Origin: an uncultured SAR86 cluster bacterium
Lineage (GTDB): Bacteria > Pseudomonadota > Gammaproteobacteria > Magnimaribacterales > AG-339-G14
NCBI GenBank assembly: GCA_902562135.1
Contig: CACESE010000007.1
Coordinates: forward strand, 1,306 to 65,305
DNA: 64,000 nt
Direction: 5' to 3'
Part shown: piece by piece, positions 1-8,485 of the stretch
Layout: every line of letters starts with the position of its first letter
Position numbering within the stretch: position 1 is the first letter of the stretch
Program-made: the position numbers and the translations under genes
Notes under the pieces: generated by a model
Database searches by the model: none
What the model was told of the DNA's origin: nothing
What the model saw: the letters and a program-made list of their open reading frames with translations, nothing else

Positions 1-387
1 TTAACTTTCGATGAGTTGACATTATCAAATGCCAAGGCGTCCATTGGAACCGACATCAGTTATTTATTTGCAGAATCAAGATTCAACGCAATGCCTTATC
101 TGACCTTGGAATACGGTTATGATTATTCGAAAACTTCTAATCAGAATATGTATTACACTCTTCAAGGTCCGAGTATAAATTACATACTCGATCTAGATGA
201 TGGAATGAAAGCTCACAATTGGGAAGTTGATTTAGGATTGATGCTTCAAATTTCTCCTGACATGTCTACTAATATCGGTTGTAGATGGCAAGGCAGATCT
301 ATTTACTTATCCGACTTCTCAAGTATTTCTAATAACGATATTTCGTCTTCAGAAGTTTGCTCTCTTGAATTGTTGTGGAATTTTTAA
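1..387 (+). CDS. 3' end of an outer-membrane beta-barrel / autotransporter-type protein (5' part outside window)
   Basis: Frame 1 is open from nt 1 with no start in the window. It shows an alternating beta-strand-like pattern and a C-terminus ...SLELLWNF ending in an aromatic residue, as in OM beta-barrel proteins. Family assigned by pattern only. Confidence 0.45.
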   Translation, partial: LTFDELTLSNAKASIGTDISYLFAESRFNAMPYLTLEYGYDYSKTSNQNMYYTLQGPSINYILDLDDGMKAHNWEVDLGLMLQISPDMSTNIGCRWQGRSIYLSDFSSISNNDISSSEVCSLELLWNF

Positions 388-433
388 TCGCACAATTAAT
401 TTTAATTAAGCTTTATATACATAATTCATCTCA

Positions 434-1933
434 ATGAGAAACAAAGTATTCTGCGCATGCATATTATTTGGCATTCTTTTGAATACTCAACTCTATGCTA
501 GCGAACTTAAAGTTGGGTTTGCAGAGCTTTCGATTACTCCTGAGTTATTTGATGAATGGGAGGATGTAAACGACGATGCTCAGTTTGATCAAGATATTGA
601 TAGGTGGACTGACGGAAATGATAATAACCAATTTGATCCTATATGGATGGCAGGTTTTCAAAAAAAACGAGCTGCCCAAGGCGTAAAGGACGACCTCATG
701 GCAGTAGCCGTGGTGATTGATGACGGTCAAACTCGAATAGGAATTATTAGTGCGGACACAATAGGGCTAATGAGAAAATTTGTGCTTAGTGTTCGAGAAG
801 ATATCCCTTCAGGGTGGGGTCTAGATTACGTCATGGTGCATGCAACGCACAATCATGAAGGTCCAGATACCCAAGGCCTTTGGGGTCCTAGTTTTTTAAA
901 AAGTGGTGTTGATGAAAGTTACATGGAGCTTCTTAAAAAAGATTTCATAAATGCGTTAGGCATGGCGATTGATAACTTGGAACCTGCAGAAATGAGTTTG
1001 GCATTAATTCCAACTAATCCACTTACACCCATTGAGGACAAACGAAAACCTATCGTGATAGATGATGATATAAGAGCAATTTTATTTAATCGTCCTGATG
1101 GGTCAGTTATAGGGTCTCTGATAAATTTTGGAATACATGTAGAACTTACATGGGATAAAAATCTAGAAATTACTTCCGATGTCGCTGGCTACTTAAGGAG
1201 AGGAGTCAGCGAAGGTATTTATTATGATGATCAGCTAATCAAGCCTGGACTGGGAGGAACCACATTATGGCTTACAGGAAATATTGGAGGCTTGATGACA
1301 TCGGGACCAACTGATCCAATTTATGATCCTGTTTTGGAAAAAATGATCGTCAAACCGAGTCACATCAAAGCTCGAGCATACGGATACAGCTTGGCTAATA
1401 GCATCATAGATGCTTTTCACGCAGGTGATTTTGTACCTTCCTCAAAGTCATCGATAACTGTCCGCTCATCTGAAATAGAATTAGGTATAGAGAATTTTAT
1501 GCTTTCGCTCGGAACTTTACTTGGGATCATTGATACGGATTTAAAATTTAGTTTGTTTCCTCCTTTTATGCGTTATCTCAGTGAAGTGGCATTCATCCAA
1601 CTTGGAGATGCATCTATTGTCGGTATTCCTGGAGAACTGTATCCAGAGATTGCTGTCGGAGGTATAGAAAATCCTGAAGGCGCTGATTACGTTATTACTC
1701 CTCAAGAAGTTCCAAATCTTCGAAGCCAATTCCCAGAAAAACTTAACCTAATGGTAAATTTAGCTAACGACGCCATTGGATATATCATTCCAAAAAGTGA
1801 ATGGGATGAAGACCCCCCTTGGATCTATGGAGAAACAGAAGAAACTTATGGCGAGATAGTATCTTTGGGTCCAAATACTGCACCAAAAATTCATGAAAAA
1901 ATTATTAAGTTAATAGAAGACTCAAAAAAATAA
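434..1933 (+). CDS. secreted neutral/alkaline (non-lysosomal) ceramidase-like hydrolase
   Basis: 499-aa ORF with a signal peptide (MRNKVFCACILFGILLNTQLYA). 'VHATHNHEGPDTQG' resembles the metal-site region of the neutral ceramidase N-terminal domain. Recognised from memory, not searched. Confidence 0.5.
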   Translation: MRNKVFCACILFGILLNTQLYASELKVGFAELSITPELFDEWEDVNDDAQFDQDIDRWTDGNDNNQFDPIWMAGFQKKRAAQGVKDDLMAVAVVIDDGQTRIGIISADTIGLMRKFVLSVREDIPSGWGLDYVMVHATHNHEGPDTQGLWGPSFLKSGVDESYMELLKKDFINALGMAIDNLEPAEMSLALIPTNPLTPIEDKRKPIVIDDDIRAILFNRPDGSVIGSLINFGIHVELTWDKNLEITSDVAGYLRRGVSEGIYYDDQLIKPGLGGTTLWLTGNIGGLMTSGPTDPIYDPVLEKMIVKPSHIKARAYGYSLANSIIDAFHAGDFVPSSKSSITVRSSEIELGIENFMLSLGTLLGIIDTDLKFSLFPPFMRYLSEVAFIQLGDASIVGIPGELYPEIAVGGIENPEGADYVITPQEVPNLRSQFPEKLNLMVNLANDAIGYIIPKSEWDEDPPWIYGETEETYGEIVSLGPNTAPKIHEKIIKLIEDSKK

Positions 1934-1985
1934 AAAAATTATAAATTTCTATGAAAAATAAACTTTTTGGGATAATTTAATAGAT

Positions 1986-2396
1986 ATGATCAAGTTAAAA
2001 AGGATTAAATCTTTCAGTTTATTTTCGTTATTAATTTTTTCAACACTATCTTTTCATGTCGAAGCTGAAAAACTTTCAGATAAAGAGTGTGCTGAAGTAG
2101 CTAGTTTCGTTAATCAAGACAACGCTGGAATGGTGATTGATGAAGTAACTACTTTAATAAATACGGTCTGTATCTTCGGAGATTTTACTTACAATTACGA
2201 AATTTCTGAATACGTAACTCCCAGAGATTTTAAATCTTTAGCTTTTTCGCAATTAAAAAAAAGAGCTATTTTGCAGTTCTGTTCAGATCCAACCACCCGA
2301 GATTTCTTAGACTCTGTTCAATCCGTTACTTTTAAATACATCAGATACGACGGGGTTTACTTAACTGAGTATTCATTTGATGAATTTGATTGCTAA
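1986..2396 (+). CDS. small secreted hypothetical protein
   Basis: 136-aa ORF with an N-terminal signal peptide and four Cys. No family recognised. Confidence 0.6.
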   Translation: MIKLKRIKSFSLFSLLIFSTLSFHVEAEKLSDKECAEVASFVNQDNAGMVIDEVTTLINTVCIFGDFTYNYEISEYVTPRDFKSLAFSQLKKRAILQFCSDPTTRDFLDSVQSVTFKYIRYDGVYLTEYSFDEFDC

Positions 2397-2438
2397 AATT
2401 CTTCAAAAAAAATAATATTGGATAAATCTTTATAAATT

Positions 2439-3137
2439 ATGAACGCTAAAAAATTAACTATTCTTTTAATTGCTATTTTTATTTCTCCAATAATTTCAGC
2501 TCAATCTTTTCAAGATTTTTCTCAATCTTTAGAGAATTTCTTCAAGGAGAAACCTCTTTTCGAAAAATATGCAAATTCAGCTGTTAATTATGCAAGCCTT
2601 GTAGAAAGGCAAGGTATTAAATATCAGGTTAATTCAAATACGCCTTTTTCCGGTAATTACATTATGTATGTGGACGATAACCCATTTTGTATCGAAGAGG
2701 CGGGAAGCTTCAGAAACGGAAAGCTTCATGGACCATTGGAAGGTTACGAAGGATGTGGCGTGGCTTACTCTTATAAAACTAATTACAGCTATGGCTTAGA
2801 AAATGGTAAATATCAGCAATTTACTGACGGTTATCTCGAAATGGAAGGTAATGTTGTCGACGATGAGGTTGATGGAGAATGGAATGGATATGAATATGGT
2901 TACAAAATATGGACAGAGTATAACGACAATGGAAATCTTTTATATTACTTGGAGTATTCTTATCATGAAAATGGGCAGCTTGCGACGAAGGAAACCTTCA
3001 ACGCTGAAGAGCAGCTCAATGGAATTTCTGAGACTTACCATCAAAATGGACAGCTTGCTTCCAAAATAAATTATAGAGACGGTGCTATTGTGAGAGTCCT
3101 AGAAAAATATGATTTCAATGGCAACCCTCTTAATTGA
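2439..3137 (+). CDS. MORN-variant (YwqK-type) repeat protein, secreted
   Basis: Signal peptide followed by repeated G-rich units (NGKLHGPLEGY, ENGQLATKETF, QNGQLASKINY) typical of MORN-variant repeats. Confidence 0.6.
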   Translation: MNAKKLTILLIAIFISPIISAQSFQDFSQSLENFFKEKPLFEKYANSAVNYASLVERQGIKYQVNSNTPFSGNYIMYVDDNPFCIEEAGSFRNGKLHGPLEGYEGCGVAYSYKTNYSYGLENGKYQQFTDGYLEMEGNVVDDEVDGEWNGYEYGYKIWTEYNDNGNLLYYLEYSYHENGQLATKETFNAEEQLNGISETYHQNGQLASKINYRDGAIVRVLEKYDFNGNPLN

Positions 3138-3161
3138 AAAAGCTTAATTTATAGTATTTTT

Positions 3162-3785
3162 ATGAAAGATTTGAGAACGGAAGAATATTTTTCATCTGGA
3201 TTTCAGTTAGGCAAATCAAATTACTGGACGATATTTTTTAATGTGCTTCTCTATGGCGTCATTTATGTCGTATTCCTTATAACAATATTGGGCATACTCC
3301 TATTGCCGGCACTAGGAGTTGGGTTTTATAAATTTTTATTGAGAGCTGCGCGAGGAGAAAATGTGGACGTTGGAGACTCGCTTTCAGAGGGTTTCAAAAA
3401 TGGAATGTGGTGGAAATCTTTAGCCTTTTTTATTCTATATGGGTTGGGAGTTTTAGTGGGATTTATTTTACTAATATTGCCAGGTATATACTTAATGATT
3501 GCATGGCTTCTAGGCTTTTATTTATTGATAGATAAAGGAATGGGACCTATGCAGGCTTTAGGTAAATCAAGAGAATTGGTCCATAAGTTAGGGTTCTGGA
3601 AGGTTTTCGTAATAGTTTTTGGTTTGTATATTGCATCAAACTTATTATTTTTGATTCCCTTTTTAGGAGTCATAATTTATCTTTTCTTGATTCCGTTTAT
3701 ATTGATGGTTTATATCGCGCTTTACGAAAATGCTGTTTCTGCTCCTGAGGAAGATCGAGAAGATGCTGTGTTTGCTCCCTCTTAA
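3162..3785 (+). CDS. integral membrane protein (DUF975-like), function unknown
   Basis: 207-aa ORF with 4-5 long hydrophobic segments and no catalytic motif recognised. Confidence 0.55.
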   Translation: MKDLRTEEYFSSGFQLGKSNYWTIFFNVLLYGVIYVVFLITILGILLLPALGVGFYKFLLRAARGENVDVGDSLSEGFKNGMWWKSLAFFILYGLGVLVGFILLILPGIYLMIAWLLGFYLLIDKGMGPMQALGKSRELVHKLGFWKVFVIVFGLYIASNLLFLIPFLGVIIYLFLIPFILMVYIALYENAVSAPEEDREDAVFAPS

Positions 3786-3842
3786 GACGTCTAAAGAGTA
3801 CAAGTTCTATATTAGATTTTTTTAAAAAAACGCATACCAACA

Positions 3843-3924
3843 AAAGTTTTCACAGGCGCTTCATTCACACTCAGTTGGGCAAGCCTTTTATAGAGGCTAA
3901 AATTAATGCGCTTGTGAAAACTTT
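3843..3924. repeat. 17-bp inverted repeat with 48-nt spacer (stem-loop or MITE-like element)
   Basis: AAAGTTTTCACAGGCGC (3843-3859) pairs with GCGCTTGTGAAAACTTT (3908-3924): 16 Watson-Crick pairs plus 1 G:T. It lies in the only sizeable gap (146 nt) between convergent genes in the window. Confidence 0.8.
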
Positions 3925-3931
3925 AAATTGT

Positions 3932-4297
3932 TTAGTTCAGATTGTATTTAAAATTTAATTGCAGATTGTTCTGCGGAATTTCAAATCCATTAGAATTGTA
4001 TGAATTGAAATCTTCATTAGGATTTTCGTGCTTAAAGTTAAATTCAAACCTTTTAGGTTCCGAGGACTTTTGCGCTAACAATTCACTTTTCACTTCTTCT
4101 TCATCATAAGAATCTCGGGTAAAGAAATAAACAAGTCCGACGACTAATAATACTCCGACAATAGCGCCGCCGCCGCCGCCATAGCCCCCTGAATTTCCGC
4201 TGGGATTTGCGCCACCTCCGCCACCGGGAGCTTCATGATAGGAAGCTAATCCGAAAGGGCTGATGACCAACATTAAAACTAATAGAAATATTTTCAT
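3932..4297 (-). CDS. small glycine-rich secreted/membrane-anchored protein
   Basis: 121-aa ORF with a signal peptide, two Gly runs (GGGGGANPSGNSGGYGGGGG), one TM helix (AIVGVLLVVGLVYFF) and an acidic tail. A strong SD (AAGGAGA) lies 7 nt upstream of the ATG. Confidence 0.7.
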   Translation of the reverse strand: MKIFLLVLMLVISPFGLASYHEAPGGGGGANPSGNSGGYGGGGGAIVGVLLVVGLVYFFTRDSYDEEEVKSELLAQKSSEPKRFEFNFKHENPNEDFNSYNSNGFEIPQNNLQLNFKYNLN

Positions 4298-4494
4298 ATT
4301 GTCTCCTTAAATTAAAAAAAATGCTGAGCGTCAGAATCATATAAGGTTACAACGTGCCCGCAGCAACCAAGGATTAAGCAAAACAACAATATATTAGTTG
4401 TGATCTATGCTAAAAAATTCAATGTTTAACTTAAAATTCATAAAAAAATTCTTTATGTTTATAATCTAGAGAAATAAGCAGAAATTCTGGACAG

Positions 4495-4956
4495 TTGTTA
4501 ATCAAGAAAATGAAGACAAGCGATATCGAATCTTTTTTGGACTCTTGGAAAGAAGGAGTAATTAAAATTGGGCAGATCTATATTGACAATGGAGATTATG
4601 AAGAAGCTGCCAAAGAATTTTTGTCTTTACATTATGCTTTTGATACTGAAGAAGTCTTGTTTAAACCAACATTTACTAAAGAAGTAGTATTTAGAAACAG
4701 TATAGATTTGGCGTTGTCTTATTTTATTAAAGGCGAGATTGCAGAAGATAATGGTTTTGCATTAAAACCTTGGGAAAAAATTGAATTAAACGAACTAAAT
4801 GTCATCAATGACGAAAAAAACAAAATTGCAATGGGTACTTTTAATTTTAAACCACTGAATGAGGATAAATTCACCTTAGTAGCTTTTACATTCTTTTTCA
4901 CTACATCGGATGGTTCTTTAAAAATTAAAGTTCATCATTCATCGCCTGTGACCTAA
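4495..4956 (+). CDS. hypothetical protein (possibly NTF2/SnoaL-like fold)
   Basis: 153-aa ORF starting at TTG 4495, with an alternative ATG at 4510. Fold guess only. Confidence 0.4.
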   Translation: MLIKKMKTSDIESFLDSWKEGVIKIGQIYIDNGDYEEAAKEFLSLHYAFDTEEVLFKPTFTKEVVFRNSIDLALSYFIKGEIAEDNGFALKPWEKIELNELNVINDEKNKIAMGTFNFKPLNEDKFTLVAFTFFFTTSDGSLKIKVHHSSPVT

Positions 4957-4993
4957 ATTAAAATAATCTATTCAAATAGTTTATAATCCTCTC

Positions 4994-5047
4994 ATGTGTG
5001 AATGTTGCGACTGCTGTGAGTGTACTTGCTGCTCGGATAAAAATTAA
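4994..5047 (+). CDS. candidate 17-aa cysteine-rich micro-protein or leader peptide MCECCDCCECTCCSDKN
   Basis: ATG...TAA read directly from the sequence. 9 of 17 codons are TGT/TGC. It forms a GC-rich island in AT-rich intergenic DNA and has no obvious SD. Too short for the ORF track. Confidence 0.3.
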   Translation: MCECCDCCECTCCSDKN

Positions 5048-5093
5048 ATATCCGCTCAGTTAGTTACACTAAATTTACTTTTTTTTATCAAGA

Positions 5094-5603
5094 TTGAACT
5101 CCAATATCTCAAATGGATTTTATATTTGGGGGCAATTCGATATTGCTTCCACTGAGTTAATTTCTTTTCTTCAACGAGAAGTAAATAATGAGCTGCAAGG
5201 GCCAGAATTCGATGCTCATTTGACTCTTACTGGCCCTGTTAATTACGAGTTAGACATTTGTAAAAATTTATTAGAAGAGTTATGCAAAAGGTTTTCAGAA
5301 TTTTCTGTTAGTCTCGATGGCATAGATTTTAAAGATAAATTTTTTCAAGCATTTTTTTTAAGAGTGCTTTTTTCAAAAGAATTAGAGGCCTTAAAACTAG
5401 CTACTGATCAAAGTTTTGGATTGTCGCCTAAAGAATATTTTCCCCATATAAGTTTATATTATGGAAGCGCTTTACAAAGTCAAAAAAAAGAATGTTCTAG
5501 AAGTTTATTGCCGCCTACTTCCGTTCTGTTAAATAAAATAAGTCTGGTAAAAATACATGAAGATATTGATGAGTGGGACATTATTCAGACTTTTTCTTTG
5601 TAA
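5094..5603 (+). CDS. 2H phosphoesterase superfamily protein (cyclic phosphodiesterase / LigT-like)
   Basis: Two H-x-T/S-x motifs at the expected spacing (DAHLTLTG and FPHISLYYG). TTG start. Confidence 0.7.
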   Translation: MNSNISNGFYIWGQFDIASTELISFLQREVNNELQGPEFDAHLTLTGPVNYELDICKNLLEELCKRFSEFSVSLDGIDFKDKFFQAFFLRVLFSKELEALKLATDQSFGLSPKEYFPHISLYYGSALQSQKKECSRSLLPPTSVLLNKISLVKIHEDIDEWDIIQTFSL

Positions 5604-5613
5604 TAACAAACTT

Positions 5614-6345
5614 CTACCAACTTTCTGACCAAGGCCTCAGATCAAGCTCAAAAGACCAAGTGCTTTTCTTTTGATCGTGGAGCATTAAAAAATTTTCCGC
5701 AATGTGATTTATATTTAATTTGCCGTCTTCGCCTTTACTTGCGGCAAATTCTGGAAACCTAAGATTTACTTTATCACCATCTATTATTCCGTCGATAATT
5801 ACATTTGCTACATGAACTCCTTGTCCTCCAAATTCTTTAGCAAGTCCTTGAGCTAATGACCGCTCTGCACTTTTGGCTGCCGCAAATGCGGTAAAAGGCG
5901 GCCTTGATCTGAGCGAAGCAGTGGCGCCAGTAAAAATTAGAGAGCCTCCACCATTGTCGATTAATCTAGGGATGGCTTCTTGCGATATTAAAAATGCTCC
6001 TTTTGCGCAAACTTCCCAAAGATCTTGAAAAAATGGTAGATCCATTTCTAAAAACGGCTTCGCATTATTATTTCCTGCGTTATAAATTACCGAACATAAT
6101 CCTTGATCGGTGTTATCTAGTTCGCTGAATATTTTTTTTACGTCTTCAATTTGAGTTACATCAGCAGCAATACCTGTGAGGGAGCCAGCATTAACTTTCA
6201 TTGCGCCTAAGGCTTTCATATTTTCTTTGTTTCTTCCACACCCAAAAACATCATAACCCGCATTTGCGAAAGTCTTGCATAAGGCTACTCCCAGTCCTTC
6301 TTCGGGACCAACACCTAAAATTAAAACAGACTCATTTTTTTGCAT
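5614..6345 (-). CDS. SDR-family oxidoreductase
   Basis: N-terminal Rossmann motif (ILGVGPEEGLGVALC) and NAG motif. The active-site region reads FAAAK, with Phe where classical SDRs have the YxxxK Tyr. Confidence 0.8.
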   Translation of the reverse strand: MQKNESVLILGVGPEEGLGVALCKTFANAGYDVFGCGRNKENMKALGAMKVNAGSLTGIAADVTQIEDVKKIFSELDNTDQGLCSVIYNAGNNNAKPFLEMDLPFFQDLWEVCAKGAFLISQEAIPRLIDNGGGSLIFTGATASLRSRPPFTAFAAAKSAERSLAQGLAKEFGGQGVHVANVIIDGIIDGDKVNLRFPEFAASKGEDGKLNINHIAENFLMLHDQKKSTWSFELDLRPWSESW

Positions 6346-6461
6346 TTTAGAATTATATTAAAAATATTTTAATTACGGGGCTAAGAAAAAATATTTTATT
6401 ACCGATAGGTATATAATAGAAAGATTATTACTTTTGCTTTTAACTTTAGGATAAATAGGTA

Positions 6462-6857
6462 ATGAATTCACAGCTAAGATCAGACAAATTAGCCATCTCT
6501 TTATCGCTCGCCTGCGTAGCGCATTGCTTTTTTGTTCCTTCTTTCATCATTTTAACATCTGGGCTTTTTGTTTCCGCAATCGATAATGGTTTTGTTCACA
6601 ATTTAATTTTATTTTTTGCAGTCCCTGTTAGTTTATTTGCTTTGGCTTTAGGTTATAAAAATCATGGAGCTCTGTTGTATTTTTTAATTGGCTTTGTTGG
6701 CCTTATAGTTTTATGTAGTGCGGTATTGGTAGGTGACTTATTTTATGGAGAAACAGGAGAACGTTTACTAACGCTATTTGGTTCAATTTTAGTCGTTTTT
6801 GCACACTATAAAAACCATCAAATTTGTAAAGAAATTAATTGTTCTTGTCACGAATAA
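6462..6857 (+). CDS. MerC-domain membrane protein (putative metal transport)
   Basis: 131 aa with 4 TM segments. First helix carries CVAHC and the tail is Cys-rich (CKEINCSCHE), as in the MerC family. Confidence 0.65.
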   Translation: MNSQLRSDKLAISLSLACVAHCFFVPSFIILTSGLFVSAIDNGFVHNLILFFAVPVSLFALALGYKNHGALLYFLIGFVGLIVLCSAVLVGDLFYGETGERLLTLFGSILVVFAHYKNHQICKEINCSCHE

Positions 6858-6897
6858 ATAATTTATAAAATTTTAATTTATATAATTGGAGGGAGAG

Positions 6898-8067
6898 GTG
6901 ACAGAAAAAAAACTTGATGTAGTTATATACGGAGCCACCGGGTACACCGGAAAATTAGTAGTTGAATACATGGTTAAAAATTATCTTAATGATAATGAAG
7001 TGAATTGGGCAATTGCTGGAAGAAGTGAAGAAAAGTTGAAATCAGTTAAAGATGTTTTCGGATTGACAGACTCTGTTAATGAAATTGTTGTTGATAGCAA
7101 TGATTATGAAAGCGTACAAAATATGGTGTCTCAATCTAAATGCATTTTAACCACGGTTGGACCTTATCAACTATACGGTTTAAACATTTTAAAAGCATGC
7201 GCTGAAACAGGTGCAGATTATGTAGATCTTTGCGGAGAGTCCGCTTGGATGCATCAGATGATTCAAGAATATAACGAAATTGCAAAAGGTTCTGGCGCAC
7301 GCATTGTTTTCTCTTGCGGTTTTGACAGTATCCCTTTCGATTTAGGAGTTTATTTATTACAAAAAAAAGTAGTTACGCACCAAGGAAATCCAGCTAAAAA
7401 TGTTAGGGGACGAGTCAGGGCTATGAATGGAGAATTTTCAGGAGGCACGGCTGCATCGATGACCGCAACAATGGCTTCTCTTAAAAAGAAGCCCGAACTT
7501 ATAGAAGTTTTAGGAAATCCGTTTTCTTTGACTGGCGGCTTTGAAGGACCTCAACAACCAAACGATTCTAAACCAATGTTTGATGAGCAGTTGGAGACAT
7601 GGGTGTCACCATTTTTCATGGCGCCAATAAATAGTAAAAACATTCACCGTTCTAATGCTTTATTAAATCATCAATATAGTAAGGAATTTTGTTACAACGA
7701 AATGTGGATACAAGGACCTGGAGATTCAGGAAAGGCGGCGGCAGAAATGATAGCAGGGGCTAATCCTCTAGCCAATGCGCCTCAGCCCGGAGAAGGACCT
7801 TCGAAGGAATCAAGAGAGAATGGCAATTATGATATTTTATTTTGCGCCGATTTGGATGACGGGTCTGTACTGAACATTTCTGTAAAAGGTGATATGGACC
7901 CTGGGTATGGATCTACATCTAAGATGATTGCAGAAAGTGCTTTATGCATAGTCAAAGATTGCAAAGATTTACAGGGTGGAATTTATACGCCTGCAGCAGC
8001 AATGGGAGAAAAATTAATTTCCAGATTAGAGGCCAATGCAGGATTGACTTTTTCTGAAGAAAGTTAA
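6898..8067 (+). CDS. saccharopine dehydrogenase-like NAD(P)-binding oxidoreductase
   Basis: VVIYGATGYTGKLV Rossmann motif and family-typical length. The GTG at 6898 is preceded by GGAGGGAGAGG, which I prefer over the track's TTG at 6886. Confidence 0.8.
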   Translation: MTEKKLDVVIYGATGYTGKLVVEYMVKNYLNDNEVNWAIAGRSEEKLKSVKDVFGLTDSVNEIVVDSNDYESVQNMVSQSKCILTTVGPYQLYGLNILKACAETGADYVDLCGESAWMHQMIQEYNEIAKGSGARIVFSCGFDSIPFDLGVYLLQKKVVTHQGNPAKNVRGRVRAMNGEFSGGTAASMTATMASLKKKPELIEVLGNPFSLTGGFEGPQQPNDSKPMFDEQLETWVSPFFMAPINSKNIHRSNALLNHQYSKEFCYNEMWIQGPGDSGKAAAEMIAGANPLANAPQPGEGPSKESRENGNYDILFCADLDDGSVLNISVKGDMDPGYGSTSKMIAESALCIVKDCKDLQGGIYTPAAAMGEKLISRLEANAGLTFSEES

Positions 8068-8072
8068 TTAGT

Positions 8073-8480
8073 ATGGGTCTTGAAATAACTCTGTCTTTTT
8101 CAATTTTAATAGGAGTTTTTGTCTTAGTATTGACTGTTCGAGTCATAGATCTCAGAGATAGCCCAGTAACGAGATCATTTCATTCAGCTAATCGAGATAT
8201 AAATCCGCTAATGCTTCAACGAGCTATCAGAGCGCATGGCAACTTACTTGAATACGCTCCGCTATTTCTGATTTTGCTTTTTCTTTGTGAATTCAATCGA
8301 TTAAACAAAGATTATTTGATTGTGTCGGCTACTTTATTCTTTATAGGACGGTTGATGCATGGAGTAGGTTATGGATTCTTGTTGCATAGTCCTGTAATGA
8401 GGATAGGCGGCATGGCCTTGACCATTTTGGGATTTTTAATGTTATTAACTATTGCTAGCTTAAAACTTTTAGTTAACTAA
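8073..8480 (+). CDS. MAPEG family membrane protein
   Basis: 135 aa with 4 TM segments. 'RAHGNLLEYAPLFL' is the characteristic MAPEG motif. Confidence 0.8.
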   Translation: MGLEITLSFSILIGVFVLVLTVRVIDLRDSPVTRSFHSANRDINPLMLQRAIRAHGNLLEYAPLFLILLFLCEFNRLNKDYLIVSATLFFIGRLMHGVGYGFLLHSPVMRIGGMALTILGFLMLLTIASLKLLVN

Positions 8481-8485
8481 AAGTT

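Noticed and set aside
3817-3830. T7A7 palindrome (TTTTTTTAAAAAAA) after the 3162-3785 gene
   Set aside because: It cannot form a stable hairpin because it has no loop and only A:T pairs. It is likely just AT-rich spacer, and is noted only as context for the nearby 17-bp inverted repeat.
4324-4334. Palindrome CTGAGCGTCAG followed (on the minus strand) by a U7 run in the 5' leader of the Gly-rich gene: a possible riboswitch or attenuator
   Set aside because: The stem is only 4 bp, and no aptamer-like conserved core is recognisable in the 60-nt leader. The evidence is insufficient.
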